Shown in pieces: positions 15,720 to 24,770 of a DNA stretch of 32,000 nucleotides. Position 1 is the first letter of the stretch, and every line of letters begins with the position of its first letter. The notes under the pieces were generated by a model. That model was not told where the DNA came from. It worked only from the letters and a program-made list of their open reading frames with translations, and made no database searches. Position numbers and translations under genes: made by a program. The DNA comes from Vulcanisaeta distributa DSM 14429 (GTDB taxonomy: Archaea; Thermoproteota; Thermoprotei; Thermoproteales; Thermocladiaceae): the NCBI RefSeq assembly GCF_000148385.1, contig NC_014537.1, forward strand, positions 2,100,001 to 2,132,000. Reading direction: 5' to 3'.

Positions 15720-15814
15720 GCGGCCGTAGTCTAGCCTGGTCTAGGATGGCGGCCTTCCGAGCAATAAACGTGGAAAGCCGCAGAACCCGGGTTCGAATCC
15801 CGGCGGCCGCACCA
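15720..15814 (+). tRNA. tRNA-Gly (anticodon UCC) with a ~16-nt intron in the anticodon loop and a genomically encoded CCA
   Basis: Hand-folded structure:
- Acceptor GCGGCCG / CGGCCGC, A73, then CCA at 15812-15814.
- D arm GTCT..GGAT.
- Anticodon stem GCGGC (15749-53) / GCCGC (15777-81).
- Loop CTTCCG with TCC at 15756-58.
- Insert at about 15760-15775 containing GGAA, complementary to the anticodon region (BHB-like).
- T arm CCGGG-TTCGAAT-CCCGG. Confidence 0.85.
15760..15775 (+). other. tRNA intron (canonical 37/38 region)
   Basis: 23 nt lie between the two halves of the anticodon stem where 7 are expected. The exact splice junctions were not resolved by eye and could shift by 1 nt. Confidence 0.7.
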
Positions 15815-15831
15815 TCGAAATCGTTACGTGA

Positions 15832-15843
15832 TTGTTTTGTTTT
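15832..15843 (+). terminator. Oligo-T terminator (ttgttttgtttt) downstream of the tRNA
   Basis: Two T4 runs about 20 nt after the tRNA 3' end. Archaeal RNA polymerase terminates at oligo-T tracts. Confidence 0.5.
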
Positions 15844-15942
15844 GACCCGTGGGTCTTAGGCCATCATTTTCTCTCCTTCTCTTCTTAATTCAGTAGAACA
15901 GTTGAATAATTATTTATAATTCTTCGTTAATGAGACTTAAAT

Positions 15943-17124
15943 GTGCCCATTAGGGTTAGGTTACCTCAGGAGAATAGGGAGGTTATATTGGACGTAGACT
16001 CAATAACTGTTGGTGAGCTTTTAAGTAAGTTAAAGCTAAGTGAGTCTGAGGCCACGGTTATACTGAACGGTTTCCCCATTAGGAATACTGAGACGGTCAT
16101 AAATCTTAATGACAGAGTTGAGGTGATTAAGCACCTGCCCAGGGGCAGGTGTGGTATATGCGGTAGGGAGGCTTACGTTAGGATACCCTACGCGAAGTTA
16201 ACCCTATGTAAGGAGCATTTTATGGAGTTTATAGTTAAGAGGGTTCGAAGGACTATTGAGGAGTACAAACTTATAAGGAGGGGTGACTTAGTCCTTGTGG
16301 CTGTTTCGGGAGGTAAGGATAGTTCAACGATGCTTCATGTTCTTTCAACCCTCAGAGATTCCCTAAAATTCGACATAGTCGCATACCACATAGACCAGGG
16401 TATACCAGGCTACTCGGACAAGGCTAGGTCAGCTGTTGAGGAATTAGCTAGGAGACTTAACGTACCTTTAATTATATCCACATTCAAGGAAATGCTCGGT
16501 GTAGACCAACCAACATTAATTAAAGGAATGAAGTCTAGGAGACCACCATGCTCCGTATGCGGTATTATCAGGAGGTATTCCTACAATGCATTGGCAATGG
16601 AACTCAACGCATCCTCAATAGCCACGGGTCACCATGCCGATGATATCGCTTCATACGCGTTAAAGGCAGTACTAACCCACGACTACCAATCATTAACTAA
16701 ACTACTGCCTAAGACTGAACCATTCGAGGGAGCCGTAGCCCATATAAGGCCCCTATACGAGATTTACGAGAAGGAAACCCTTCTCTACGCATTGGCCTCG
16801 GAGATCCCATTCACAGCATGCCCATGCCCCTTTAGGCCGAGGAACACCCTAGATGATCATATTAAGGAGTTTTTAAATAACCTGGAGACAAGGCATCCAG
16901 GAATTAAGCTGAGCTTCTTGAAGGGCCTCGTTAGGGACGTCAAGATCCTTGGGAAGGTTGTTGAGGAAAACCCTGAGATGCATACATGTAAGGTATGCGG
17001 ATTAGCATCAAGCGGTGATGTATGCTCCTTCTGCAGGTTCACCCAGCGTGAATTGGGAAGTGCCATGGGACCCCATGTCAGGGACCTCCTCCGGGTCAAG
17101 GTTTCCGGACTTAAGTTGAGGTAA
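15943..17124 (+). CDS. TtuA/Ncs6-type tRNA 2-thiolation PP-loop ATPase with an N-terminal ThiS/MoaD-like beta-grasp domain
   Basis: 393 aa with a GTG start; tatttataat lies about 25 nt upstream.
- Residues 1-65 (IRVRLP..REVILDVDSITVGELLSKL...ILNGFPI....INLNDRVEVIKHL) look like ThiS/MoaD.
- Zn finger CGICG-x17-CKEH.
- PP-loop VAVSGGKDSS.
- Fe-S cysteines PPCSVCG and CPCP.
- C-terminal Zn finger CKVCG-x8-CSFC. Confidence 0.8.
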   Translation: MPIRVRLPQENREVILDVDSITVGELLSKLKLSESEATVILNGFPIRNTETVINLNDRVEVIKHLPRGRCGICGREAYVRIPYAKLTLCKEHFMEFIVKRVRRTIEEYKLIRRGDLVLVAVSGGKDSSTMLHVLSTLRDSLKFDIVAYHIDQGIPGYSDKARSAVEELARRLNVPLIISTFKEMLGVDQPTLIKGMKSRRPPCSVCGIIRRYSYNALAMELNASSIATGHHADDIASYALKAVLTHDYQSLTKLLPKTEPFEGAVAHIRPLYEIYEKETLLYALASEIPFTACPCPFRPRNTLDDHIKEFLNNLETRHPGIKLSFLKGLVRDVKILGKVVEENPEMHTCKVCGLASSGDVCSFCRFTQRELGSAMGPHVRDLLRVKVSGLKLR

Positions 17125-17460
17125 AGGCCTGGTCATATACTAAACCGAGATTCGTCCATCAAGTCCGTAGTTAAATGCGGGGTTTAAGGAATGTATCCGT
17201 TTTCGCCACGATGTTCATTGCAGGTTTTTCCATAGACGGGTATGAGGAAATGCCCAGCACTGATTTTTAAGGTAATTAATATCTCATTTAATCCATGGAT
17301 GACGACGGCTTGATTGGCTGATTGCGTGATGACGGGAACGAATGCCGACTTTAAAAATTCCGCTTCGCTTATCCCTTAGTAAGTAAAGGGCTAGGGTGTG
17401 GAGGTTTTTGAAGGGCGACTTAAGGTTAAAATATCGCTGAGGTTTAATAGTAACGGTCTT

Positions 17461-17922
17461 ATGGTTAGTCTATACCTTATTCAGCATGGTAAGGCATTTG
17501 ATGAGAAGGTTGACCCAGAAAGGAAATTAACTCCAGAGGGCGTTTCCGAAACCGAGAGGATCGCCAAATACCTTAGTGGTGTTGGTATTACCGTTACTGA
17601 GATTGTTCATAGCGGCAAGGCTAGGGCTAAGCAAACAGCGGAGATCCTTGCTAGGTACTTGGGTGTTAGTAATGTTAGGGAGGTCGACGGTTTAAACCCC
17701 AATGATGACCCCAGAATATGGTTTGAGAGAATTTTAAGGCTTGACCATGACCTAATGATTGTTGGTCACCTACCTCACCTTAGTCGTTTGACCTCATTGC
17801 TAATTACGGGTAACCCCGACATTAAAGTCGTTGAGTTTAGGTATTCCGGCGTATTAAGGCTTAGTAAGGCCGAAAGTAATTGGGTCATTAATTGGTTCAT
17901 TACACCAGATCTAGTGCATTAG
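17461..17922 (+). CDS. sixA: SixA-like phosphohistidine phosphatase (histidine phosphatase superfamily)
   Basis: From ATG at 17461 the product is 153 aa: MVSLYLIQHGKA...LTPEG...HSGKARAKQTAE...MIVGHLPHL. This aligns by eye with the SixA pattern (xRHGxA, SPxxRAxQT, xSHxP). The track start is GTG at 17398, which would add 21 residues. Confidence 0.7.
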   Translation: MVSLYLIQHGKAFDEKVDPERKLTPEGVSETERIAKYLSGVGITVTEIVHSGKARAKQTAEILARYLGVSNVREVDGLNPNDDPRIWFERILRLDHDLMIVGHLPHLSRLTSLLITGNPDIKVVEFRYSGVLRLSKAESNWVINWFITPDLVH

Positions 17923-18119
17923 GGTCTCTTCCTTAATTCCCTGGGTGTCTTTAGCTTCAAAATGAGCTCTCTGGCTTCTTTACCATTTTTTGCCCGTGCA
18001 ATTATTGATGCCTCCTCAATTCGCATTACATAGCCGCAATACGGACATTGGTGGGTCTTAGCCGTGTCACGGACAACTGAGTAGTTCCCACACCTTGGGC
18101 ATGCAATGATTAAATACAT
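17919..18119 (-). CDS. Small zinc-ribbon protein (two CPxCG knuckles; DUF1922-like)
   Basis: 66 aa. Has CPRCG and CPYCG 20 residues apart and a basic C-terminal helix. Its 3' end overlaps the sixA-like stop by 4 nt (convergent genes). Confidence 0.6.
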   Translation of the reverse strand: MYLIIACPRCGNYSVVRDTAKTHQCPYCGYVMRIEEASIIARAKNGKEARELILKLKTPRELRKRP

Positions 18120-18281
18120 ATTCGTTGGGTATTAATGGAATGGGTTTAGAAAAATAAATTGCTTTTTGACTTCAGAATTTACAGCTGAGGTGAGTGAAAG
18201 CAATATATATTCTCTTCACTTAGGTTCGTGTTAACTTATTTTGTCCGCTGCCCCCTAATAAAAGTAATTTAAATTTCCTGT

Positions 18282-20969
18282 GTGCAATTAAGTACTGAAG
18301 CAATAAGTAAGGTGGTTGGGATAAAGGTCTTAAAGAGGAATGGAAATACAGAGGACTTCTCAAGAGATAAGTTAGTCCGTTCTCTAAAACTTGCGGGTGT
18401 TCCAGATCCAGACCTTGTAATTAGTGCCCTTGATCTCAGGGGCACCGTATCAAGTAGTGAATTGTCGGATAAGGTTCAATTAATCATGCTTAATATGGTG
18501 ACTGATGACCTTAAATGGCATGATGCGGCTAGGAATTACTTACTATGGAGTGTGTATAAGCAGGTTTGGGGTAAGGATGTTGTTAAGGCAATCAATGAGG
18601 GCAGAGTTAAGTTCGAGGATGCATATAGAGAAGGCTTCAAAGCGTGGTTTAGAACTGGGCTTGAACTTAGGATCTGGGATTCAGAGATGAGCGCTTGGTA
18701 TGCTCAACACATTGATGAGTTGGCTAAGTACCTCGACCCGAGCAGGGATTTACTGCTCACTTATAATGGGGTCAGGACGTTAATGAGTAGGTACTTACTC
18801 AAGAGGCTTGATGGCTCGTTCTTCGAGGTGCCCCAGTACCTGTGGATGAGGACTGCGATGGGCGTAGCCTACGCAGAGCTTAGGTATGGTGGTGACCCAA
18901 TAACGTGGACGAGGAGGTTCTACGACTTAATGAGCCAGTTAAGGTTCATGCCCAACTCACCAACGCTCTACAACGCAATGACAAGACTTGGACAACTCTC
19001 TGCATGTTTCGTGGTACCCATTGACGACTGCCTATCCAGGGAGAGTGATACGAATAGGGAGGATCCGGAGTGCAACTTTGGCATAATGGATGCCTTAAGA
19101 CTCGCTGCATTGATTTTCCAGTCAGGTGGTGGCGTTGGTTATAACTTCGGTAAGTTAAGGCCTGAGGGTGACATTGTGAGGAGCACCACCGGGATAGCCT
19201 CTGGGCCACTTAGCTTCATGAAGCTTTTTGATACGTTGGTGGACACCATTAAGCAGGGTGGTAAGAGGCGTGGTGCCCAAATGGGCATGCTCTTCTGGTG
19301 GCACCCCGACATTGAGAAGTTCATTACGTCGAAGAGTGGTGAGCTTAAGGACATTCAGTTGCAGAACTTCAACATAAGCGTCACAATTGATGACTACTTC
19401 ATGCAGAAGGCGTTGAAGGGTGAGGACATTTACCTGATAAACCCAAGGGAGTGCCCATGCCTATATAAGACCTGGGGTGAGGAGTTCGTTAAGTGTTATG
19501 AGGGCTGTGTGGAGGCTATAAAGGCTGGTAAAGTAAGGATATGGAGGAGGGTAAACGCTAAGGAACTTTGGGATAAGATCGTTAAGTCCGCGTGGGACAG
19601 CGGCGACCCAGGCCTGTGGAATAGGGACCTGGCTAATTACATAAATAATGAGAAACTACCTGGTGAGGTCATAAATGCCACAAACCCATGCAGTGAGGAG
19701 TCACTCTACGATTTTGAGAGTTGCAACCTTGGTAGTATTAACTTGGTGAAGTATGTTCATGAGGGTAGGATTGATTGGGACTCCCTGGCTAGGGATGTTC
19801 AGTTGGCGGTTAGGTTCCTCGATGATGTTATTGATGTCAATAAGCTACCGCATGAGAGACTTAGGAAGAGGGTCCTTGAGACAAGGAGAATCGGCCTTGG
19901 CGCCAACGGCCTTGCCGATACCTTAATAGCCCTTGGACTTAGGTACGACTCACCACAGGCGCTGGCGGTCTCTAATGAATTGGCTAGTTTCATAGCTAGG
20001 ATGGCTGTTAGGGCCAGTATTGAGTTGGCTAAGGAGAAGGGTGTCTACCCAGCGTATAAGCATAGTGATTGGGCTGAGGGCGTACTACCGTGGACAAAGC
20101 ATAGGGAGAGGCTTGAGAAATTCTCCAGCACCATTGATAAGGAGGCGGTTGATGAGTACATGAAGACCCTCGACGTGGGCTATAACGATCCAAAGGTTAG
20201 GGCTATTATCGACGGCTCAACAGCGGTACTTAAGGGGTACAGGGCATTGGACAGTGATTTATCGATAGACGTTAGTACGGTAGGTATTAGGAATGGTTCC
20301 ATAATGAGCATAGCCCCTGAGGGCTCTAGGAGCCTTATTGCCGGTGTGAACTCAAGCATTGAGCCCCTCTTCGCGATCGCCTACATCAGGAACCTCTCAA
20401 TTGGCAAGCTAATCGAGTACAACTACACCGCGCTTAGGCTGCTTATGCAGACGAAGACGCTTGATGAATCGACGAGGAGGTTTGTCGAGGAGTACGGAAT
20501 ACTGCCAAGGGATCACCCATTAGCTGACTTGCTTAGGACGGCTCATGAGATTCACTGGAAGTGGCACGTGTACATGCAGGTGACCTGGGCTAGGTGGAAT
20601 GACTCAGGCGTTAGTAAGACCATAAACATGCCGAGTGATACGCCCATGGAAGATGTCGAGCAAGCCTATAGGCTGGCCTGGCTACTTAATGCCTTCGGAA
20701 TAACGGTGTATAGGGATAAGAGTAAGTCAGTGCAGGTGATATACACGGGCGTTAAGGGCGCTGAGGCTAAGCCCACAATTGAGGTTAAGGAGGTTAAGGT
20801 TGAGACAAAGCCCAAGGTAGAGACAAAGGTCAGTTACACATCATTGTCCGCGCTTAAGGATAAGCTTGTTAGGATTAAGAGTAATGGCGGTGAGAGTATT
20901 GAGGAGGAGATGCAGGAGGAGCTTGGGGAGACTGATGATCCATACTGCAAGACTGGTTCATGCGGTTAA
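18282..20969 (+). CDS. nrdJ: Class II (adenosylcobalamin-dependent) ribonucleotide reductase with an N-terminal ATP-cone
   Basis: 895 aa.
- ATP-cone start IKVLKRNGNTEDFSRDKLVRSL.
- Motifs SPTLYNA, GGGVGYNFGKLRPEGD, active-site NPCSEE...CNLGSINL, and TVYRDKS.
- C-terminal redox Cys pair CKTGSCG.
- The length argues against an intein.
- The start (GTG at 18282) is uncertain. Confidence 0.9.
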   Translation: MQLSTEAISKVVGIKVLKRNGNTEDFSRDKLVRSLKLAGVPDPDLVISALDLRGTVSSSELSDKVQLIMLNMVTDDLKWHDAARNYLLWSVYKQVWGKDVVKAINEGRVKFEDAYREGFKAWFRTGLELRIWDSEMSAWYAQHIDELAKYLDPSRDLLLTYNGVRTLMSRYLLKRLDGSFFEVPQYLWMRTAMGVAYAELRYGGDPITWTRRFYDLMSQLRFMPNSPTLYNAMTRLGQLSACFVVPIDDCLSRESDTNREDPECNFGIMDALRLAALIFQSGGGVGYNFGKLRPEGDIVRSTTGIASGPLSFMKLFDTLVDTIKQGGKRRGAQMGMLFWWHPDIEKFITSKSGELKDIQLQNFNISVTIDDYFMQKALKGEDIYLINPRECPCLYKTWGEEFVKCYEGCVEAIKAGKVRIWRRVNAKELWDKIVKSAWDSGDPGLWNRDLANYINNEKLPGEVINATNPCSEESLYDFESCNLGSINLVKYVHEGRIDWDSLARDVQLAVRFLDDVIDVNKLPHERLRKRVLETRRIGLGANGLADTLIALGLRYDSPQALAVSNELASFIARMAVRASIELAKEKGVYPAYKHSDWAEGVLPWTKHRERLEKFSSTIDKEAVDEYMKTLDVGYNDPKVRAIIDGSTAVLKGYRALDSDLSIDVSTVGIRNGSIMSIAPEGSRSLIAGVNSSIEPLFAIAYIRNLSIGKLIEYNYTALRLLMQTKTLDESTRRFVEEYGILPRDHPLADLLRTAHEIHWKWHVYMQVTWARWNDSGVSKTINMPSDTPMEDVEQAYRLAWLLNAFGITVYRDKSKSVQVIYTGVKGAEAKPTIEVKEVKVETKPKVETKVSYTSLSALKDKLVRIKSNGGESIEEEMQEELGETDDPYCKTGSCG

Positions 20970-20978
20970 GTCATAAAA

Positions 20979-23900
20979 TTAAGTTATAACGTTCTCCTTA
21001 AGTATGCCCTTACTTACTGCCTCATTAAATAACTCATTGAGTACATCCATGTAATCCCTCTCACCGACTTCAACATCATCCATGTGCCTCTCAACAATCC
21101 TAGTTCTCTCCTCACTAACTAGGTCACTAAACTCCTTATTCTCCTCAGTTAGGAACTTATAGACTTGGCGACCAAGGTTCGTGGGCACCACATACCTAGT
21201 TCTCCTACCAACGACCAACGCATAGCGCCTCTTCAGTATTACATCAACAATCTTCGCATAGGTACTTGGTCTGCCAATACCCCTCTCCTTCATCATAGCA
21301 ATTATATCACCCTCCCTAAGCGGTGGTGTCCTACTCACCTTCTTAATATAATCAATACTGGTTATCCCATACTCACCAGGCATAAGCTCCTGGTACTCCC
21401 TACCCTCAATGTAGCCCCAAACCTTCGTGAATCCAGGCTCCAATATCTTAGAAACCCTCTCCACCTCCTCCTCATGAACATTAGCACCATTAAGGTAGAT
21501 ACTTATCCTCAACTTCTCCTTCAAAACCCTGGCACTTCTCATTTGGCTCGCCATGAACCTCCTAAATATTAAATCATAGACCTTAAGGTGGTTTGCCGTA
21601 ACCCTAATAGCCAGCTGAAGCAAACCTGTGTTAATTAGGTTCCTTAGGTCATCACTATCGATGGGCCTTGTCGGCCTTATACACTCATGGGCCCCAATCT
21701 CCTTGCCGCCCCAGGCCCTGCCCACGAAATAATCAGCCCCAACTCTCTCGCTTATGTACTCCTTAGCAATGCCAATGCCCACCGTTGATACCCTGGTACT
21801 ATCCGTCCTATGATACGTTATAAGTCCCGACTCAAATAATTCCTGGGCAATAGCCATCGTTTGCTCAACACTTAAACCGAGTATGTTTGCTGAGTCCCTA
21901 AGTAAGGCGTCTGTTGTGTATGGTGGTGCTGGATTCAATTCCTCCTCTTCCTCACCTACCTTAGTTACTCTAACCTTAACCTCAACGTCCGTTGATTTAT
22001 TCCTATGCATCGCCTTTAGGGCTTTTATCAATTCCTCCTTATCCGGCGGTATGTTCAACCTTACCTTTACACCATTACTCAAAGTCATGGTTACTGAGTA
22101 TACCTTATCCCTCCTACTCTCGTCATACCTCTCTATTATCCAACCAAGGACTGGAGTCTGAACCCTACCAGCTGATAAAGTCCTTCTACCGAACTTCTCC
22201 TGAACAATCTGGCTAAGCCCAAACCCAATCCATCTATCCTCAATCCTCCTCACCAATTGAGCGCCAACCATGCTAAGGCTTATGGCCCTTGGATTTGTGA
22301 TCGCATCAATGATGGCCTTCTTAGTAACCTCATGAAATTCAATCCTAACGATATTACTCACGTAGGGCCTAAGCATCATGTAAACATCCCAAGCAATCTT
22401 CTCACCCTCGGCATCCGGGTCCGTACCAATCATTACCTGGTCAACCTCTGTGGCTATGTCCCTTATCGCATTTACTATGTCCATGGCATCAACAAGCTTA
22501 ACACCGTGGATCTTACAAACATCCACATCCTCGGTATACGTCTCACCACCAACAGGGCACCTCTTTATTGTTCCATAGATCGGTACGAAATTATTACCGG
22601 TCTTAAGTATCCCATAATAATCAATAATCTTCCCCGCCCTTAAAGCCGGCGCGAGTTCCTTTACATCGGCCGGACCCGCCGGTATTAAATCCCACATGTG
22701 GCCCTTAGTAGCCGTTATCAGTAGGTATAGGTTGCCTAGGGTAGCTTCATAAATTATTAAAGGACCAACATTCCTCCTGGTGGGTACTCCAAAGAAGCTC
22801 GCTATTGTCCTAGCCTTAGTCGGTGATTCGACAATTACGAATGCTGTCCTTAACGGATCCTTCTCGAGGAATTGATTGGGTATCTTCCCAAGCATTATAT
22901 TCCTTATTAAGTCCCTCTCACTCCTGATCCTCTTCATTAAATCATCTATGTTAACCTCATTAATGTCCTGGATCTTAACATCCTCAAGCCTATACCTTAA
23001 ATTCCTAATTAAACCATTGAACACCTTCTCATTATCCACTATAAGCACTGATAAGCCCTGGGAGACACCACCAACGTAAAGCCTTGATGTCCTACCACTA
23101 CCCTGGATGTACGTCGTCACGTCAGGTATGATCACGTAAAGCTCACCACCCCTATACTCAAGACCAACCTCGTTAGATTGCTCTATCGCTTTTCTAATGT
23201 TGGGATCACTCAATAGTTTGTTCACTAAGTCTACGGCCTCCTTAATCACGTCAGCCGCGTACTTATCAAATCCACTCAATTCCTTATTCTCCTCAATAGC
23301 CTTTAACAAGTTATTTATTTGCTCTTGATTTAGTGCCGTTAAGTTCCTAAGTCTCGCAACGACCCTATCAATGTCATTTCTCAGGTATTGGGGGACGACA
23401 TTCCTAATGGTAAATAGAAACATTAGGTACCTTATTGGTGTGAACTCCTCAAGTCTTAGCCTAAACCTCATGCGTGGAACGCCCACGAAGACCACATACG
23501 CGATTCTCTGCGGCAAATCAATGCCCCTAACTAGGGATGACCTAGACGTAGCTAGCCCAATTAATACATCAATTTTCCCTTCCACAAAGTCATTAAGTAA
23601 TGACTTACTCGGCTTTAGGTAGGACGCAGCCTTAACGCCATTTTTATTTAATGCCTCAAGCAATTCATCAACAATGTCCCTAAGGTCCGGTGGTACGTAA
23701 ATTATCCCACCACTGCCCAGCCTCTTTACGATGTCAACCGCCGTACTTATTAGGGAATCTCTGGGCCTTACGTAGACATCAACCACGTTTCTTAACCCCT
23801 CAGCCCTACCGCCAGTCTCAAAGCCAAGGAACTCCCTAAACAGGAATAGCCTAGCTGTCCTCCTCATCCTCGTTAATGCGCCCGAGGCTATTAGTATGCC

Positions 23901-24770
23901 AATGTTGTTACTCTTTATGTAGTTGGTCAGTTCCGCATTCAACCTCTTAATATCCTCCCTAATCTTATTAATTTCCTCCTCACTCGCCCTAAACCTAATG
24001 GCTTTCCTAAGCTTCTTCATTAAATCAACCACCGTTAAAGCCTTACGGAGAGCCTCCTCATTAATGCCGAGCAATAGTAATAGCCTATCAATGTTCTTGC
24101 TTGACGCCTTAAGGACGCTATCAACATCATCGACGAAGATCAACGAAAACCTATACCTACTAAGTAGGTCCATGTGCCTTGGCAGGAAGGCATTGGTTAC
24201 TATTAATATGTCGAAGTTGCCATCCTCAATGGTCTTCATAGCCTCGGTCAACTCCTGCTTGGAAAGTATTGAGGATGCCATGACAATCCTAACATTAACG
24301 CCCATCTTATTCACATAATCACTTAATCTTCTATGAACATCATAGGCTAAGGTTGATGTTGGGACGACAATCAACACTCTTCCTCTTCTCTTTAAAGCCA
24401 CGTACAGCGATGCAATCATGCCAAACGTAGTTTTTCCACTACCCGTTGGCGCAACTATTGCGAAGCTCTTACCCTTAATAATCCTCCTAGCCCATAACCT
24501 CTGGGCACCCCACATGTTAGTTCCAATTATTTTCCTGAACATATCTGCAAACTCGTTATACTCATTAACCAGGTTCGCCAACGACCTTAACCTATTTATG
24601 GTTCCAAGCTTTTCTAGCATGTTCAACACCTCAATGGTACTTGCAACCTTCTTTGGCACGTCAGGTAGGCACCTATGGCATGGCAATCCAGAGGCAAGCC
24701 TATCCGATGTTATGTCCCCTCCACAGTTTGGGCATGCTCTTCGGTATATTACTAATGGTTGTTTCTCCAT
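20979..24770 (-). CDS. rgy: Reverse gyrase (helicase-like domain fused to a type IA topoisomerase)
   Basis: 1263 aa.
- N-terminal Zn finger CPNCGG...CHRC.
- Walker A APTGSGKTT and DDVD box.
- Toprim VESPTKA and TDPDAEGE.
- Catalytic-Tyr motif ITYHRTDSTR. Confidence 0.95.
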   Translation of the reverse strand: MEKQPLVIYRRACPNCGGDITSDRLASGLPCHRCLPDVPKKVASTIEVLNMLEKLGTINRLRSLANLVNEYNEFADMFRKIIGTNMWGAQRLWARRIIKGKSFAIVAPTGSGKTTFGMIASLYVALKRRGRVLIVVPTSTLAYDVHRRLSDYVNKMGVNVRIVMASSILSKQELTEAMKTIEDGNFDILIVTNAFLPRHMDLLSRYRFSLIFVDDVDSVLKASSKNIDRLLLLLGINEEALRKALTVVDLMKKLRKAIRFRASEEEINKIREDIKRLNAELTNYIKSNNIGILIASGALTRMRRTARLFLFREFLGFETGGRAEGLRNVVDVYVRPRDSLISTAVDIVKRLGSGGIIYVPPDLRDIVDELLEALNKNGVKAASYLKPSKSLLNDFVEGKIDVLIGLATSRSSLVRGIDLPQRIAYVVFVGVPRMRFRLRLEEFTPIRYLMFLFTIRNVVPQYLRNDIDRVVARLRNLTALNQEQINNLLKAIEENKELSGFDKYAADVIKEAVDLVNKLLSDPNIRKAIEQSNEVGLEYRGGELYVIIPDVTTYIQGSGRTSRLYVGGVSQGLSVLIVDNEKVFNGLIRNLRYRLEDVKIQDINEVNIDDLMKRIRSERDLIRNIMLGKIPNQFLEKDPLRTAFVIVESPTKARTIASFFGVPTRRNVGPLIIYEATLGNLYLLITATKGHMWDLIPAGPADVKELAPALRAGKIIDYYGILKTGNNFVPIYGTIKRCPVGGETYTEDVDVCKIHGVKLVDAMDIVNAIRDIATEVDQVMIGTDPDAEGEKIAWDVYMMLRPYVSNIVRIEFHEVTKKAIIDAITNPRAISLSMVGAQLVRRIEDRWIGFGLSQIVQEKFGRRTLSAGRVQTPVLGWIIERYDESRRDKVYSVTMTLSNGVKVRLNIPPDKEELIKALKAMHRNKSTDVEVKVRVTKVGEEEEELNPAPPYTTDALLRDSANILGLSVEQTMAIAQELFESGLITYHRTDSTRVSTVGIGIAKEYISERVGADYFVGRAWGGKEIGAHECIRPTRPIDSDDLRNLINTGLLQLAIRVTANHLKVYDLIFRRFMASQMRSARVLKEKLRISIYLNGANVHEEEVERVSKILEPGFTKVWGYIEGREYQELMPGEYGITSIDYIKKVSRTPPLREGDIIAMMKERGIGRPSTYAKIVDVILKRRYALVVGRRTRYVVPTNLGRQVYKFLTEENKEFSDLVSEERTRIVERHMDDVEVGERDYMDVLNELFNEAVSKGILKENVIT

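Noticed and set aside
5686-15720. Idea that the pilus block plus ORFans is an integrated plasmid or virus at the tRNA-Gly gene
   Set aside because: I could find no integrase, transposase or replication gene, and no direct repeat of the tRNA 3' half elsewhere in the window. Coding-region base composition looks like the rest of the window. This is kept only as a weak possibility under the ORFan finding.
18120-18281. Possible cobalamin riboswitch or regulatory hairpin upstream of the B12-dependent RNR (AGTGAA..17 nt..TTCACT at about 18192-18220)
   Set aside because: The spacer is too short and lacks the conserved B12-box. The weak 6-bp inverted repeat surrounds an atatatat TATA-like sequence, so it is more simply the divergent promoter region for the zinc-ribbon and RNR genes.
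18282-24770. Possible inteins in the ribonucleotide reductase or reverse gyrase, which are common intein hosts in archaea
   Set aside because: Both proteins have intein-free lengths (895 and 1263 aa). The conserved catalytic motifs run contiguously, without an inserted block ending in HN followed by C/S/T.
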